Of a stretch of DNA of 64,000 bases, positions 13,101-24,720 are shown piece by piece; positions within the stretch are counted from its first letter, which is position 1; each line of letters starts with the position of its first letter. Location: NCBI GenBank assembly GCA_950097015.1, contig CATNEN010000011.1, positions 1,178,001 to 1,242,000 of the forward strand, in the 5' to 3' direction. The position numbers were made by a program, and so were the translations under genes. The notes beneath the pieces are model-generated. The model searched no databases and was not told where the DNA came from. It was given only the letters and a program-made list of their open reading frames with translations. Origin of the DNA: Macrostomum hystrix (Eukaryota; Animalia; Platyhelminthes).

Positions 13101-16100
13101 GCATCCTCAGTTCCAGTAGCATCCTCAGTTCCGGTAGCATCCTCAGTTCCAGTAGCATCCTCAGTTCCAGTAGCATCCTCAGTTCCGGTAGCATCCTCAG
13201 TTCCAGTAGCATCCTCAGTTCCAGTAGCATCCTCAGTTCCAGTAGCATCCTCAGTTCCAGTAGCATCCTCAGTTCCAGTAACATCCTCAGTTCCAGTAGC
13301 ATCCTCAGTTCCAGTAGCATCCTCAGTTCCAGTAACATCCTCAATTCCAGTAACATCCTCAGTTCCAGTAGCATCCTCAGTTCCAGTAGCATCCTCAGTT
13401 CCAGTAGCATCCTCAGTTCCAGTAGCATCCTCAGTTCAAGTAACATCCTCAGCTCCAGTAGCATCCTCAGCTCCAGTAACATCCTCGGTTCCAGTAGCAT
13501 CCTCAGTTCCAGTAACATCCTCAGTTCCAGTAGCATCCTCAGCTCCAGTAACATCCTCGGTTCCAGTAGCATCCTCAGTTTCAGTAACATCCTCAGTTCC
13601 AGTAGCATCCTCAGTTCCAGTAACATCCTCAGTTCCAGTAACATCCTCGGTTCCATTAGCATCCTCAGTTCCAGTAACATCCTCAGTTCCAGTAGCATCC
13701 TCAGCTCCAGTAACATCCTCAGTTCCAGTAACATCCTCAGTTCCAGTAGCATCCTCAGTTCTAGTAGCATCCTCAGTTCCAGTAGCATCCTCAGTTCCAG
13801 TAACATCCTCAGTTTCAGTAACATCCTCAGTTCCAGTAGCATCCTCAGTTCCAGTAGCATCCTCAGTTCCAGTAGCATCCTCAGTTCCAGTAGCATCCTC
13901 AGTTCCAGTAGCATCCTCAGCTCCAGTAGCATCCTCAGTTCCAGTAGCATCCTCAGTTCCGGTAGCATCCTCAGTTCTAGTAGCATCCTCAGTTCCAGTA
14001 GCATCCTCAGTTCCAGTAGCATCCTCAGTTCCGGTAGCATCCTCAGTTCCAGTAGCATCCTCAGTTCCAGTAGCCAATTCCTATTGCTTTTTTTTGCTAA
14101 ATTTTCCAGGTAAAACGCGAAGAAATCTGCAAGCAGATTGAAGCCATGGGCTGTGGACCACCGGAATCTGATGTCGAGATGAAGCGCTTGCTAGCCAGGA
14201 TGCTGAACAAATTCACCACGGACTTCTTAAACGTGGCCACCGGAATGCACCGTCACGAGCCAGACAGGCTGTTCGGCCGCTGCCGCAAGCACTGGGAGAC
14301 TCTGGCCGACGAGATCGAGATGTGCGCCTTCTCCGACAGGACTGAAGGTTTGCTACCACCACAGTATGGACACTTTACTGGTGCTTCTTGTCGAACATTT
14401 GCCAGTTATCGTCAGGTACACATTTTTCTAAACGGCTCGTACAGACTACAAAAATTAAATTTCACGGGCCAATACATCATGATGTATCAAGATATACATC
14501 GAAGTATATATTATTTAATGCATGCACAAGTATCTTCGATGCATCCACAAGTATCTTCGATGCATCCACAATTGTATCTTCAATGCATCCACAAGTATCT
14601 TTGATGCATCCACAAGTATCTTCGATGCATCCACAATTGTATCTTCAATGCATCCACAAGTATCTTCGATGCATCCACAATTGTATCTTCAATGCATCCA
14701 CAAGTATCTTTGATGCATCCACAAGTATCTTCGATGCATCCACAAGTATCTTTGATGCATCCACAAGTATCTTTGATGCATCCACAAGTATCTTTGATGC
14801 ATCCACAAGTATCTTTGATGCATCCACAAGTATCTTCGATGCATCCACAAGTATCTTTGATGCATCCACAAGTATCTTCGATGCATCCACAATTGTATCT
14901 TCGATGCATCCACAAGTATCTTCAATGCATCCACAAGTATCTTTGATGCATCCACAAGTATCTTCGATGCATCCACAAGTATCTTTGATGCATCCACAAG
15001 TATCTTTGATGCATCCACAAGTATCTTTGATGCATCCACAAGTATCTTCGATGCATCCACAAGTATCTTCGATGCATCCACAAGTATCTTCGATGCATCC
15101 ACAAGTATCTTCAATGCATCCACAAGTATCTTTGATGCATCCACAAGTATCTTCGATGCATCCACAAGTATCTTTGATGCATCCACAAGTATCTTTGATG
15201 CATCCACAAGTATCTTCGATGCATCCACAAGTATCTTCGATGCATCCACAAGTATCTTCGATGCATCCACAAGTATCTTCAATGCATCCACAAGTATCTT
15301 TGATGCATCCACAAGTATCTTCGATGCATCCACAAGTATCTTTGATGCATCCACAAGTATCTTTGATGCATCCACAAGTATCTTCGATGCATCCACAATT
15401 GTATCTTCAATGCATCCACAAGTATCTTTGATGCATCCACAAGTATCTTCGATGCATCCACAAGTATCTTTGATGCATCCACAAGTATCTTTGATGCATC
15501 CACAAGTATCTTTGATGCATCCACAAGTATCTTTGATGCATCCACAATTGTATCTTCAATGCATCCACAAGTATCTTTGATGCATCCACAAGTATCTTCG
15601 ATGCATCCACAAGTATCTTTGATGCATCCACAAGTATCTTTGATGCATCCACAAGTATCTTCGATGCATCCACAAGTATCTTTGATGCATCCACAAGTAT
15701 CTTCGATGCATCCACAAGTATCTTTGATGCATCCACAAGTATCTTTGATGCATCCACAAGTATCTTTGATGCATCCACAAGTATCTTTGATGCATCCACA
15801 AGTATCTTCAATGCATCCACAAGTATCTTTGATGCATCCACAAGTATCTTCAATGCATCCACAATTATCTTTTTTACAAGTGCGTCTCGTTATCTCCAAT
15901 GAACTTTCGCACTCTGTTCGTGAATTCCGATTTCAGTGACAGCGATGTGGGAGGCCGCCAGGCAGGACATCGAACAGCAGAGAGGCTGCGAGCTGCCGGG
16001 CTTCGACAACGTGTACCCGGTGGTAGAGCGGCTCGTGCGCAACCACTTCCTCAAGCTGGTGCGCGAGCCCTGCAGTGCCTTCTTGGTCTCCGTCAACCAG

Positions 16101-17180
16101 GAGGTCGACGAGACGGTTCGGAACCTGGCCGACCTTGTTTTCAGTGACTACCCGTCCTTCAACCAGTTCATCAAGGAGGTGTGCGAAGGCATCAGGACGA
16201 GACAAGTCGATCTGGCCAGGGAGCAAATCAAGAACATCTTCACAGAGGAAGAGTTCGTCTTCACACATGACAGGATCTTTTTGATGGAAAAAGAGAGGTG
16301 AAATATTTATTTATTTATCTGTAAACCTAAACTCGGGGTGTGAGTGGCAGCGGGGTTAATGCGTCTGCCTCTCGCACCAAAGTCCCTGTGCTCGATTTCG
16401 TGGCGAGGAAGCATTTATTTTAGGGCACAGCTACGAAGAGAAGGCTTGGTTGCTTGTCGTGCAATTTACTCCCTCAAGGGCTAATCTAAAAGGCACAGTA
16501 AGAGTGTACACCGTCTGACGATGAGAGTAAGGGCAGATGTACACAAATGTGTGAATGTGTTCCTGCTTACGGTATGCGTGTGCGCTCCTGCGTCAGCGAA
16601 ATGGGGCAGAATTGCCTCCCCACATGCGGCCCGTACTCTCACCAAATGATGTACGATGGCCCGCAACCGTGCTGCTATTATACTTTTTTTATATTATTAA
16701 ACCGATACTCAAAGCGCCATTGTTTTATAGTTTCGCAATTCTTTTTGTAATAACTAATTCCTACGAATGAAACGTAAAATCTTAAGGCCCTACTGTGAGA
16801 AGCTTCGCTTGCGACAGAAGTGTCTTGAGGCTCAGGAGGGAAGCTATAATGACAGCCAAATCAGCAGCGAGCAACAGCCGGTGATGACCATTCAGGAGAC
16901 TGTCGAGTGCAACACGCGTCGAGTTCTAGACGGAGCCGAGGCCTACATCCGGGTGTCTGTCCGGCGCCTGCAGGACACGGTCACCATTGCTGTCATACAC
17001 TACATGCTGCACAATATGGCCGAGAAGCTGCGTGAGTCGCTCATCATTCTCGTCACCGACCCGCAGCCCCTGTTTGACAAGCTGCGCGAGGAGAATCCCC
17101 TGATCGGTGCCAGACGACGTAATCTGGTTGACCGCATGGAGAAGCTGGCAGCGGCTGAGCAGGAGATCGCCAGGTTCTGA
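10176..17180 (+). CDS. Mx-like dynamin-family large GTPase, 661 aa; exons 10176-10492, 11367-11558, 12389-12872, 14110-14347, 15937-16297, 16787-17180
   Basis: [38 protein letters not shown] (G1/G2), [11 protein letters not shown] (G3), [10 protein letters not shown] (G4 variant), RGCELPGF stalk motif and C-terminal GED-like helix ([15 protein letters not shown]). Exons sum to 1986 nt with all phases compatible; intron 1 requires a GC donor. Confidence 0.92.
10520..11130. repeat. 21-bp G-rich minisatellite (GATAGGGGTTGGAAACAGTTG), Mx intron 1
   Basis: Tandem periodicity. Confidence 0.95.
11645..12240. repeat. 21-bp minisatellite (AATAGGTCCAGTTTTCCTTTG), Mx intron 2
   Basis: Tandem periodicity. 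Confidence 0.95.
12945..14073. repeat. 18-bp minisatellite (AGTAGCATCCTCAGTTCC), Mx intron 3
   Basis: Tandem periodicity; explains the MLLELR and DATGTE repeat ORFs. Confidence 0.96.
14520..15865. repeat. 21-bp minisatellite (GATGCATCCACAAGTATCTTY), Mx intron 4
   Basis: About 60 tandem copies. Confidence 0.96.
16335..16683 (+). mobile_element. tRNA-derived SINE family A, near full-length copy in Mx intron 5
   Basis: Head with A-box-like TGGCAGCGGGG and B-box-like GCTCGATTTC. Body GAAGAGAAGGCTTG...CTTGTCGTGCAATTT...AAGGCACAGT.AGAGTGTACAC recurs at 48496-48690 and inverted at 62940-63233. Confidence 0.8.
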
Positions 17181-17864
17181 ATGTGTCTGATGAAGCTCGT
17201 GGACAAAGTTCAAGTCATGAACATGCGACATTTATTCTTATTATAAAATTTTTGTTATTTTATAAATTCAATATGCCAGTATTAACACCAATGCTTTCCA
17301 AGTTATTTTAGCCCGTTTGATAATTTAATACTCGTAATTTAGACACTTGATATTTAATGCGCGCTCTAAGCAACAACAAGCACTTTTATCTACTCATGGC
17401 TCGTACTCAACGATAACTTAGTATATATATTTTTAGCTGACACATTTTGTTGAAAATGCTAAATGAATTAAATTACAGTACTAACTACCCAAAAAGCGTT
17501 GCACATATTTTAACGCATCTCTTGTAAAAATAGTTACGTTCACACTGCTCGTTCACACTGCTATCACCATTCACATAAAATTTTATAACTAATCTTTATA
17601 TAAACATCTTTAAGATGTACGAGTAACATGGCAGTGTGAACGAGCCTTAATACAAGCTAGCTAACATCGAAGTACAATATCGCTTTTTAAGTGTATTTTG
17701 AGCCGTCAAAATACGAGTACTAAACCTTTTTCTTCCGTTTTGCTACCAGGGGGTTCCTGCAGAATTTTTTATTGCACCCTGCAGAGACTTCAAAGAAGTT
17801 TAACATAAAAATGTGAAATTAGCAGTGCTGATTAGCATGCGCGGGTAGAAAAAAAAGGGCATCT

Positions 17865-18770
17865 GTCCAGAGTGGCACTTCATGCAGTGCGTCATTTGTC
17901 CGACCCTTCAGTCTTCAGTCTAGAGTGGTACTTTATGCAGTGCGTCATTTGTCCGACCCTTCAGTCTTCAGTCCAGAGTGGTACTTCGTGCAGTGCGTCA
18001 TTTGTCCGACCCTTCAGTCTTCAGTCTAGAGTGGCACTTCGTGCAGTGCGTCATTTGTCCGACCCTTCAGTCTTCAGTCTAGAGTGGCACTTCGTGCAGT
18101 GCGTCATTTGTCTGGCCCTTCAGTCTTCAGTCTAGAGTGGCACTTTATGCAGTGCGTCATTTGTCCGACCCTTCAGTCTTCAGTCCAGAGTGGTACTTCG
18201 TGCAGTGCGTCATTTGTCCGACCCTTCAGTCTTCAGTCTAGAGTGGCACTTCGTGCAGTGCGTCATTTGTCCGACCCTTCAGTCTTCAGTCTAGAGTGGT
18301 ACTTCGTGCAGTGCGTCATTTGTCCGACCCTTCAGTCTTCAGTCTAGAGTGGTACTTAGTGCAGTGCGTCATTTGTCCGACCCTTCAGTCTTCAGTCTAG
18401 AGTGGCACTTCGTGCAGTGCGTCATTTGTCCGACCCTTCAGTCTTCAGTCTAGAGTGGCACTTCGTGCAGTGCGTCATTTGTCCGACCCTTCAGTCTTCA
18501 GTCTAGAGTGGTACTTAGTGCAGTGTGTCATTTGTCTGGCCCTTCAGTCTTCAGTCTAGAGTGGCACTTCATGCAGTGTGTCATTTGTCCGACCCTTCAG
18601 TCTTCAGTCTAGAGTGGCACTTCATGCAGTGTGTCATTTGTCCGACCCTTCAGTCTTCAGTCTAGAGTGGCACTTCATGCAGTGTGTCATTTGTCCGACC
18701 CTTCAGTCTTCAGTCTAGAGTGGCACTTCATGCAGTGTGTCATTTGTCTGACCCTTCAGTCATCTGTCCA
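17865..18770. repeat. 53-bp minisatellite (CAGTGCGTCATTTGTCCGACCCTTCAGTCTTCAGTCTAGAGTGGCACTTCGTG)
   Basis: About 17 tandem copies. Confidence 0.95.
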
Positions 18771-19158
18771 GAGTGCATTGCACTTGATGTAGTGTTTCAT
18801 TGTCCTACATCGTTTCGTTATCGTATTCGTAATCGTAAACGATTTTTGGCTTGTCTAATTTTATTAATTATTCAGTGAAATTTTATTGTAAGTGGACTGT
18901 ATTTGAAGCTAAACTTCCCTTATTTAATTTATCTATGAATAAGATATGAAGTAAGTTGTGCTATAGTCAGTGAGGGAAATTTCTGAAAATCTATTAATTA
19001 ATTAAGATCAACTTTACAGCTGCAGGGCTAATTACGCTTGTCAAGTAGATGACATTGGGGAAAGTCAATTTAAAGCGCATTGAATAGCACTGATCAGTAG
19101 GCGAGGCATTCTACTTAAAGAACTCTAGACCTGAAAGAAAGCTTTGTTGCAGTGGAAA

Positions 19159-19461
19159 ATGGCTGTAACTCAACAGCAGGCAGCTAAGTGGTTCGGGAAT
19201 CCGCCATTTCGTTGCTCCTTTAAGTTTCTCAGCCAGCGACTACCGGAATTGAACAGAAAATCTGGCGACGTCGATGCCGTCAGTTCGTTCACCTCTGAAG
19301 AGGAGCTACAGTCAGTGTGCGGCAGTGACGCTCTTCAGCAGGAGCTGATGGACGCCGAGAGTCTAGTACCGTCTGGTTCCCTGGACTTCCAGCTGACCAT
19401 GCAAAGAATTGGTTGGCGATACGCTAAGGACAAGGGATGCTACGTGCGCCTCACACCTTGA
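19159..19461 (+). CDS. Uncharacterised 100-aa protein (MAVTQQQAAKWFGNPPF...CYVRLTP)
   Basis: GC-rich, non-repetitive open frame in AT-rich flanks. A splice-acceptor-like TGTTGCAG ends 6 nt before the ATG. No family recognised. Confidence 0.5.
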   Translation: MAVTQQQAAKWFGNPPFRCSFKFLSQRLPELNRKSGDVDAVSSFTSEEELQSVCGSDALQQELMDAESLVPSGSLDFQLTMQRIGWRYAKDKGCYVRLTP

Positions 19462-19779
19462 CTAATTGTTTTTTATTGACCTTGAGAATTGTATAGTACG
19501 CCCTGTTACTTAAGTCACTTAATTAACGTAAAACGATAAAGGCCAACTCACTTTTTGAAAATTATAAACTACCTCAACAATTCATTGGGTTTAATGAAAG
19601 ATATTAGCTTTTCGACGGCTGACGTTACTTTGAGCAGACCGTTTCTGTTTTGACTTTCTGCAAATTGTTTGATTAACAAAGCTATAAAAATGTTTAGCGA
19701 TTAACTCAAACGAATTTAAATTTCGGTATGATGCCTAGACGACTAAAGTACTACAGTAACAACACTATAGTGGTGCTTG

Positions 19780-20200
19780 TGTGCAAGAGGACCGTGCGCG
19801 ACGTTAGGCCTTGCTTGGGCAGCACTGGAGTCATTTGCCCAGTCTCGACCGCTTGGTGGTCTTAGCCCTGTACGTTGATAGAAGGCCACGTTTGAGACCC
19901 GCTCCGAACTATTGATGCCAAAAGCGGCGCGCAATTTTTCAGCCTGGTAAAGCAAGACCGTCTCGACATCGCGGCCACGAATTAAGTCTGGTGGGGAGGC
20001 GGTCCTGCGCAGTGTCGCGAGCGATGCGAAGGAGATCGTTGTAGGGGTGAGGTGTCAGGTCCCATCGTGCACACGGAATAATATGCTGCAAAGAGCCCTT
20101 ACAAGAAGTCTTGCTGCTCACCCTGCAGGGAACGTTGCGCCGAGGGCAGGGGAGAACATGCGCTACGTGGAAGGTCTGCTAGCAGTTGCCGGGATCAGCG
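19780..20200 (-). mobile_element. Degenerate RTE-like non-LTR retrotransposon 3' fragment
   Basis: VETVLLYQAE...LRAAFGINSSERVSNVAFYQRTGL parallels VESVLAYGLE...LRSALGIRYPETASNAEL in the LINE at 32311-33190. Internal deletion and frameshifts. Confidence 0.6.
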
Positions 20201-20660
20201 AACACTTGCAGATGTAGGTGAGCGCGATTGGGAGCTTCAGGAAGCTAGTAGTTGATTGGAATGTGCTTTTCTGAGATCACTCACAAAATAAATTTACGTT
20301 TTTTCTTGCTGTGAAGTGTTTTTTGCACTGTTGTTGTTTAAACGCGTATAAGAGCAGACTAACTATTTCAAACGTGAATAGTTTTTAATTAAGAATTAAA
20401 ACTAGAATTAAAACTATTAAATTTAAGAATTAAAACTATACTATTATTATAACTACTACTATTATTATTAATACTTTTGGGACTATATTGGTAATGACTA
20501 TAGTTTCATCGATTGTGGTTCAAAATTAAACATCTACATGGAAGGTTTTTCTTATTTTAGTGCACAAAGATAGAACTTACTTATCAGCTTCTATCAATTC
20601 GATGATAGGCCCTAATATTTGAATAGTTAATAATTTTTAGATATGGATTTATAGAAAATC

Positions 20661-21134
20661 GGTACCTGGACACTTCGTCATCTTACAAGTTACAACTTCA
20701 CATCCAGATGACGATCTGTCCAATATCTCAGGGTGGATGACGAAGAGACTTAGACTTGCACGGACACTTCGTCTTCTATAAAACAAAAGTTTTTGAAGTT
20801 AAAACAGAACACCCCTCCCCACCCCTCCTCACATCGTGTTGGCACCTATCTTTCAACTATTATATTGAAATCAGTTATGACACACACCTCTTTTTGACAA
20901 TTTAGAGTGTGAAGTGTGTTCACACCACTGCACCACCACCCCACACTCACTTTATTGATGACGAACTTGATTGCTTGTTATTAGGCCCTAGTAGATGATA
21001 AACCGACCAAACTTTAAAGCATACCAATTGGCTGAATGACGAAGTGTCCTACCTTCCAAGTGGATGACGAAGTTGTAAGATGACGAAGTTGTAAGATGAC
21101 GAAGTCATGACGAATTTGTAAGATGAGAAGCACC
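20661..21134. mobile_element. Foldback or MITE-like element with subterminal GATGACGAAG repeats
   Basis: GGACACTTCGTCATCTTACAA on the left; ATGACGAAGTGTCC and repeated TTGTAAGATGACGAAG in inverted orientation on the right. No TSD found. Confidence 0.5.
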
Positions 21135-21264
21135 TAGTGATGTGCATAGCATAGGCATAGGCTCAGCTAACAAAAAATAGCACTTGTAGACCAGATAAAG
21201 GGATGCACTTACTGACTTACAGTTAGCTATGCAGCTATGAAAAGCTATGCACATCACTAGGTGC
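21130..21264. repeat. Perfect 21-bp inverted repeat (GCACCTAGTGATGTGCATAGC ... GCTATGCACATCACTAGGTGC), possible MITE
   Basis: Arms 21130-21150 and 21244-21264 are exact reverse complements. Confidence 0.8.
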
Positions 21265-21930
21265 AATGAATCAATGGTATTTTAGTAGGCCTACTTATAG
21301 TTACAGGGCAGTAGGCATTCTGGTCCCAGTCAGTGCTTTTTGCCTTTTTGGTAGGCCTATGCCTGTTTATTTTATTCTAATACAATATGTCAATAGTAAT
21401 AATATGGCTTAGTAATAATTTTAATAAACATGAAACCTTTTTTCAGAGAACCTTTGTGCTAATTATGTAATCTCCTTCTTTGGAGGTTGGCTGGTATAGA
21501 GTTAGGCCTATTTTAGATTTTTAACCATATTTTTGGCTATAAAACTTAACTTTTGATTGAGATTTTAAGAGAGTTTCTGGAGAGTTTTAATGACAATGTT
21601 TATTTTTATCAACATTTTCTAGTTGAAATTTACTTAATTGTAACAATCTACCAAACATGACAATGAATGGCTAATATCTTGGCCAACCCTACTGTTCATC
21701 AATTTATTTTTTGTGCCAAATATAAGCATACATTGATATAGTTTTTTTAATCATTTTTTAGATCTGGTAATTTTAATGTTTTTCTAATTAGCTAACAGGG
21801 TTCTTGTTTGAGGCAACAAATCTATCTTATTCCTATAAAAAGAACCAACTTCATTAACCATACAACCAAAAAGCTGGACCAAAGACAGTATTTGGTAGGT
21901 CTACAGAAATGCATAGAATCTCCTTCCCTA

Positions 21931-23835
21931 TCTATATATATAAAAGTGAAAACTCTGTCTGTCTGTCTGTCTGTGTGTGTGCAACCTTTTGTCTTTATAG
22001 ATGCCGAAACCGCTCAACCAAATCGCACCAAACTTTGCACATACCTAAAACCACCTACGCTGAGTGCAATAGGCTACTCAAATTCCCGAAAAATCATTTC
22101 CTTCCTGCTCAAAAGTGCAAAAAACTGCTCAAAAATCGTCAAAAAATCACTCAATTCGACATATCGTCGCCCCACTTTGTCAGATTTTCTCCAAATTTGA
22201 TCCACTTACACTTTACATGTTTTCCAACAATGCTGTCAATTTTGAACATCTCTACTCAATCCAGAGCAAAGCTGCATCATCTCAAAGTGAGTCACTTTTT
22301 GTTTTCCGAGGACAGCCACCCCAACTCCCCTCCGCCACTCTGCGGGCCAAATTTTATTACAGCCACCCCCTCCCTTCCCCGGGCGCCGAAGCCCCAGACT
22401 GTACATTGTATTTCAAGCCGTGAATGTACACAGCCCAAACCCCTAGACTGTCTACTGGCCCCCAAGCAGCACTGAGACTGAGTGCGGTGAGTGCGGTGGC
22501 GTCCCAGTGTGCAGGGCTCCCGGTCGAAATTTCTCTCCAGCCAGCCTGGGATAGAAGAAAGAGAGAGACTGGCGTTGACTGGCTGTCAGAGAGGGCAATT
22601 CTGTGTCCTAGAAATGATGCCGCCAACGAAATTAACTACCAACTGCTTCAGGAGTTGCCAGGTGCAGTTTTCACCTACAAGTCAATTGATACAACGTTGA
22701 CTGATGACACCGCTGTGGAGTATCCTGTTGAGTTTCTGAACTCTCTAGATCCTCCTGGAACTCCATCGCACAACTTGCAGCTGAAAGTTGGGGCACCAAT
22801 TATGCTCCTCCGCAACCTGAATGCGCCAAGGCTGTGTAACGGCACCAGACTGATAGTCAGGCGGCTCTTCCCACACGTGATTGAGGCCACGATAATGACT
22901 GGATCTGGCAGAGGAGAGTCTGTTCGTTCCCCGGATTCCAATTATCCCCACGGACCTGCCATTTCAGTTCAAGCGACTGCAGTTCCCTGTGAGAGTGTGC
23001 TTTGCGATGACTATTAACAAGGCTCAGGGACAGTCGCTGAAGGTGGCTGGCATCAACCTGGAGACTCCTTGCTTCTCGCATGGGCAGCTTTATGTCGCCT
23101 GCTCCCGTGTTGGAACTCCAGCTGGCCTATTCATTTTCGCACCAAGGGGAAGAATGAAGAATGTGGTGTATCCCCAGACTCGCAAGCAATTAATAGAAAA
23201 GTAGTCACGAATTGACCTTGACCTGTCTAACTCTGAAACAGTTTAATTTTGTTTCTTTGACATTGTTATTGTTATGCCATGGCTATTTTCCTTATGTATA
23301 CACGTGTACATGCATACTGTATACAGAGGCAGATTTTGGGGGGGGGGCGGGGGGGCAGTCGCCCCCCCTAAATTTTAATCATGGGAATAAGATGCCCCCT
23401 CCAGGGGCGCCAGTCGCAGCACTGGCGCCCCTTTTCGGCCGCTGGCGCCCCTTTTTCAGCCGCTGGCTCCCGTTTTTCAGCCACTGGCGCCCTTTCTTGG
23501 CTCCTGGCGCCCTTTTTTGGCCGCTGGCACCCCCTCTGTGATTCTCATGGCGCTCCCCTAACAGACCGCCCCAAAACAAAATTCCTGGATCTGCCACTGA
23601 CTGTATAGAGGAGTGGCTAAGAGACATGTTTCTAAAGAAGTAATCAAGAGGGGGCTGTTTGGACAAACTTTTCACTTATTTTTTACTTAAAACACCCTTA
23701 AACATACTCTTCACTTTTCATTAATGCAGTAAGTAAATAAATGGTGACCTTCACTATAAAGTTAATACAGAGACGTGAATTGCTTACTGCTTTGCCTTAA
23801 ATTTCTGCCCCAAAAACAACGGGCAAAAAAGCTAG
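21931..23835 (+). mobile_element. Non-autonomous, internally deleted Helitron carrying a PIF1-helicase C-terminal fragment
   Basis: 5' A|TCTATATATATAAAAG with a (GTCT)n tract; 3' GCCC...GGGC hairpin followed by CTAG|T. Helicase motifs ERAILCPRN, LKVGAPIMLLRNL..PRLCNGTRL, FAMTINKAQGQSL and FSHGQLYVACSRV; frameshift near 22921. Confidence 0.93.
23324..23599. mobile_element. hAT-type MITE nested in the Helitron
   Basis: TIRs CAGAGGCAGAT / ATCTGCCACTG; exact 8-bp TSD ACTGTATA at 23316-23323 and 23600-23607. Confidence 0.88.
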
Positions 23836-24720
23836 TAAGAATATAAAACAAAGTTGCAGATTGTTCTCCCATATTGTTTTTGTTTTCCATTTTATGCCAG
23901 TATGTTGCATAGAGCTTAATTTGTGTTGAATTGTATGCTTGTAGGCCAAAAGACAGTAAAAAAGCCTTTAGCTACAAAGCTGGTCATTAATAACATCACT
24001 AGATATGCTACATGTACCCAACCAACATATCAGTGCTTTTTGAGTCCTGTAATGAATAGGCTATTATAAGAAGCTTTTTACAGTAATTATATGCCTTAAA
24101 AGTGATGTTATTTCATTATTTGTGTGACATTTTTCTTTACAAGTAAAGAAAATATATATTTTTCTATGCAGGAATATGCAAAATATCAAAGAAATGTAAA
24201 AAAATTTTTTTCCTACTAGGGTGACCCTATCATGGAATTACCCATTTACTATTGAAACAGAGATAAAATAGATATAAAACTTTTTAACAGCAGCTACAGT
24301 ACTCCATAATTAACAGATGCCTTTGAATTGCACAGAAATTTATAAAATGCTTTCTATTTTCATTTATTCTACTTGTGTGTATGCAGCTTTTTATCCAGTG
24401 GTGAATCTGTTAATAGTAGTATTCTGTTAATAGATACATAGGCCTAAGTCAGGCTTGCTATATTATGTTTATAATAATGAATTTGAGGAGTTAAAGGCAA
24501 ACAGCCTTAATTGTACAATTAAGGCTGGTGTCAAATTTTGTATGTGGTACAACTGGAGTTCCACAGAACTGGAAGACATCAACTTTAAGTGTGCCAGTTT
24601 TGTGAGCCATTCACTCCTAGTAAGTTTAAAAGACATGAATGTCACTACATAAGGATTTGCAGCTAAAATGTAAAGCTCTATTCTTATTAACATCTGGACT
24701 GTTATGCTATTTGTTGCAGA

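Noticed and set aside
12937-15939. Long repetitive ORFs (MLLELR, DATGTE, MHPQVSS, DASKILV)
   Set aside because: Open frames produced by 18- and 21-bp arrays inside Mx introns; they have no gene context of their own.
6835-18770. CRISPR-like appearance of regular repeats
   Set aside because: Units are head-to-tail with no unique spacers, there are no cas genes, and the DNA is eukaryotic.
21808-22475. Overlapping ORFs in the Helitron 5' region
   Set aside because: Non-coding Helitron 5' sequence with microsatellite; no domain similarity.
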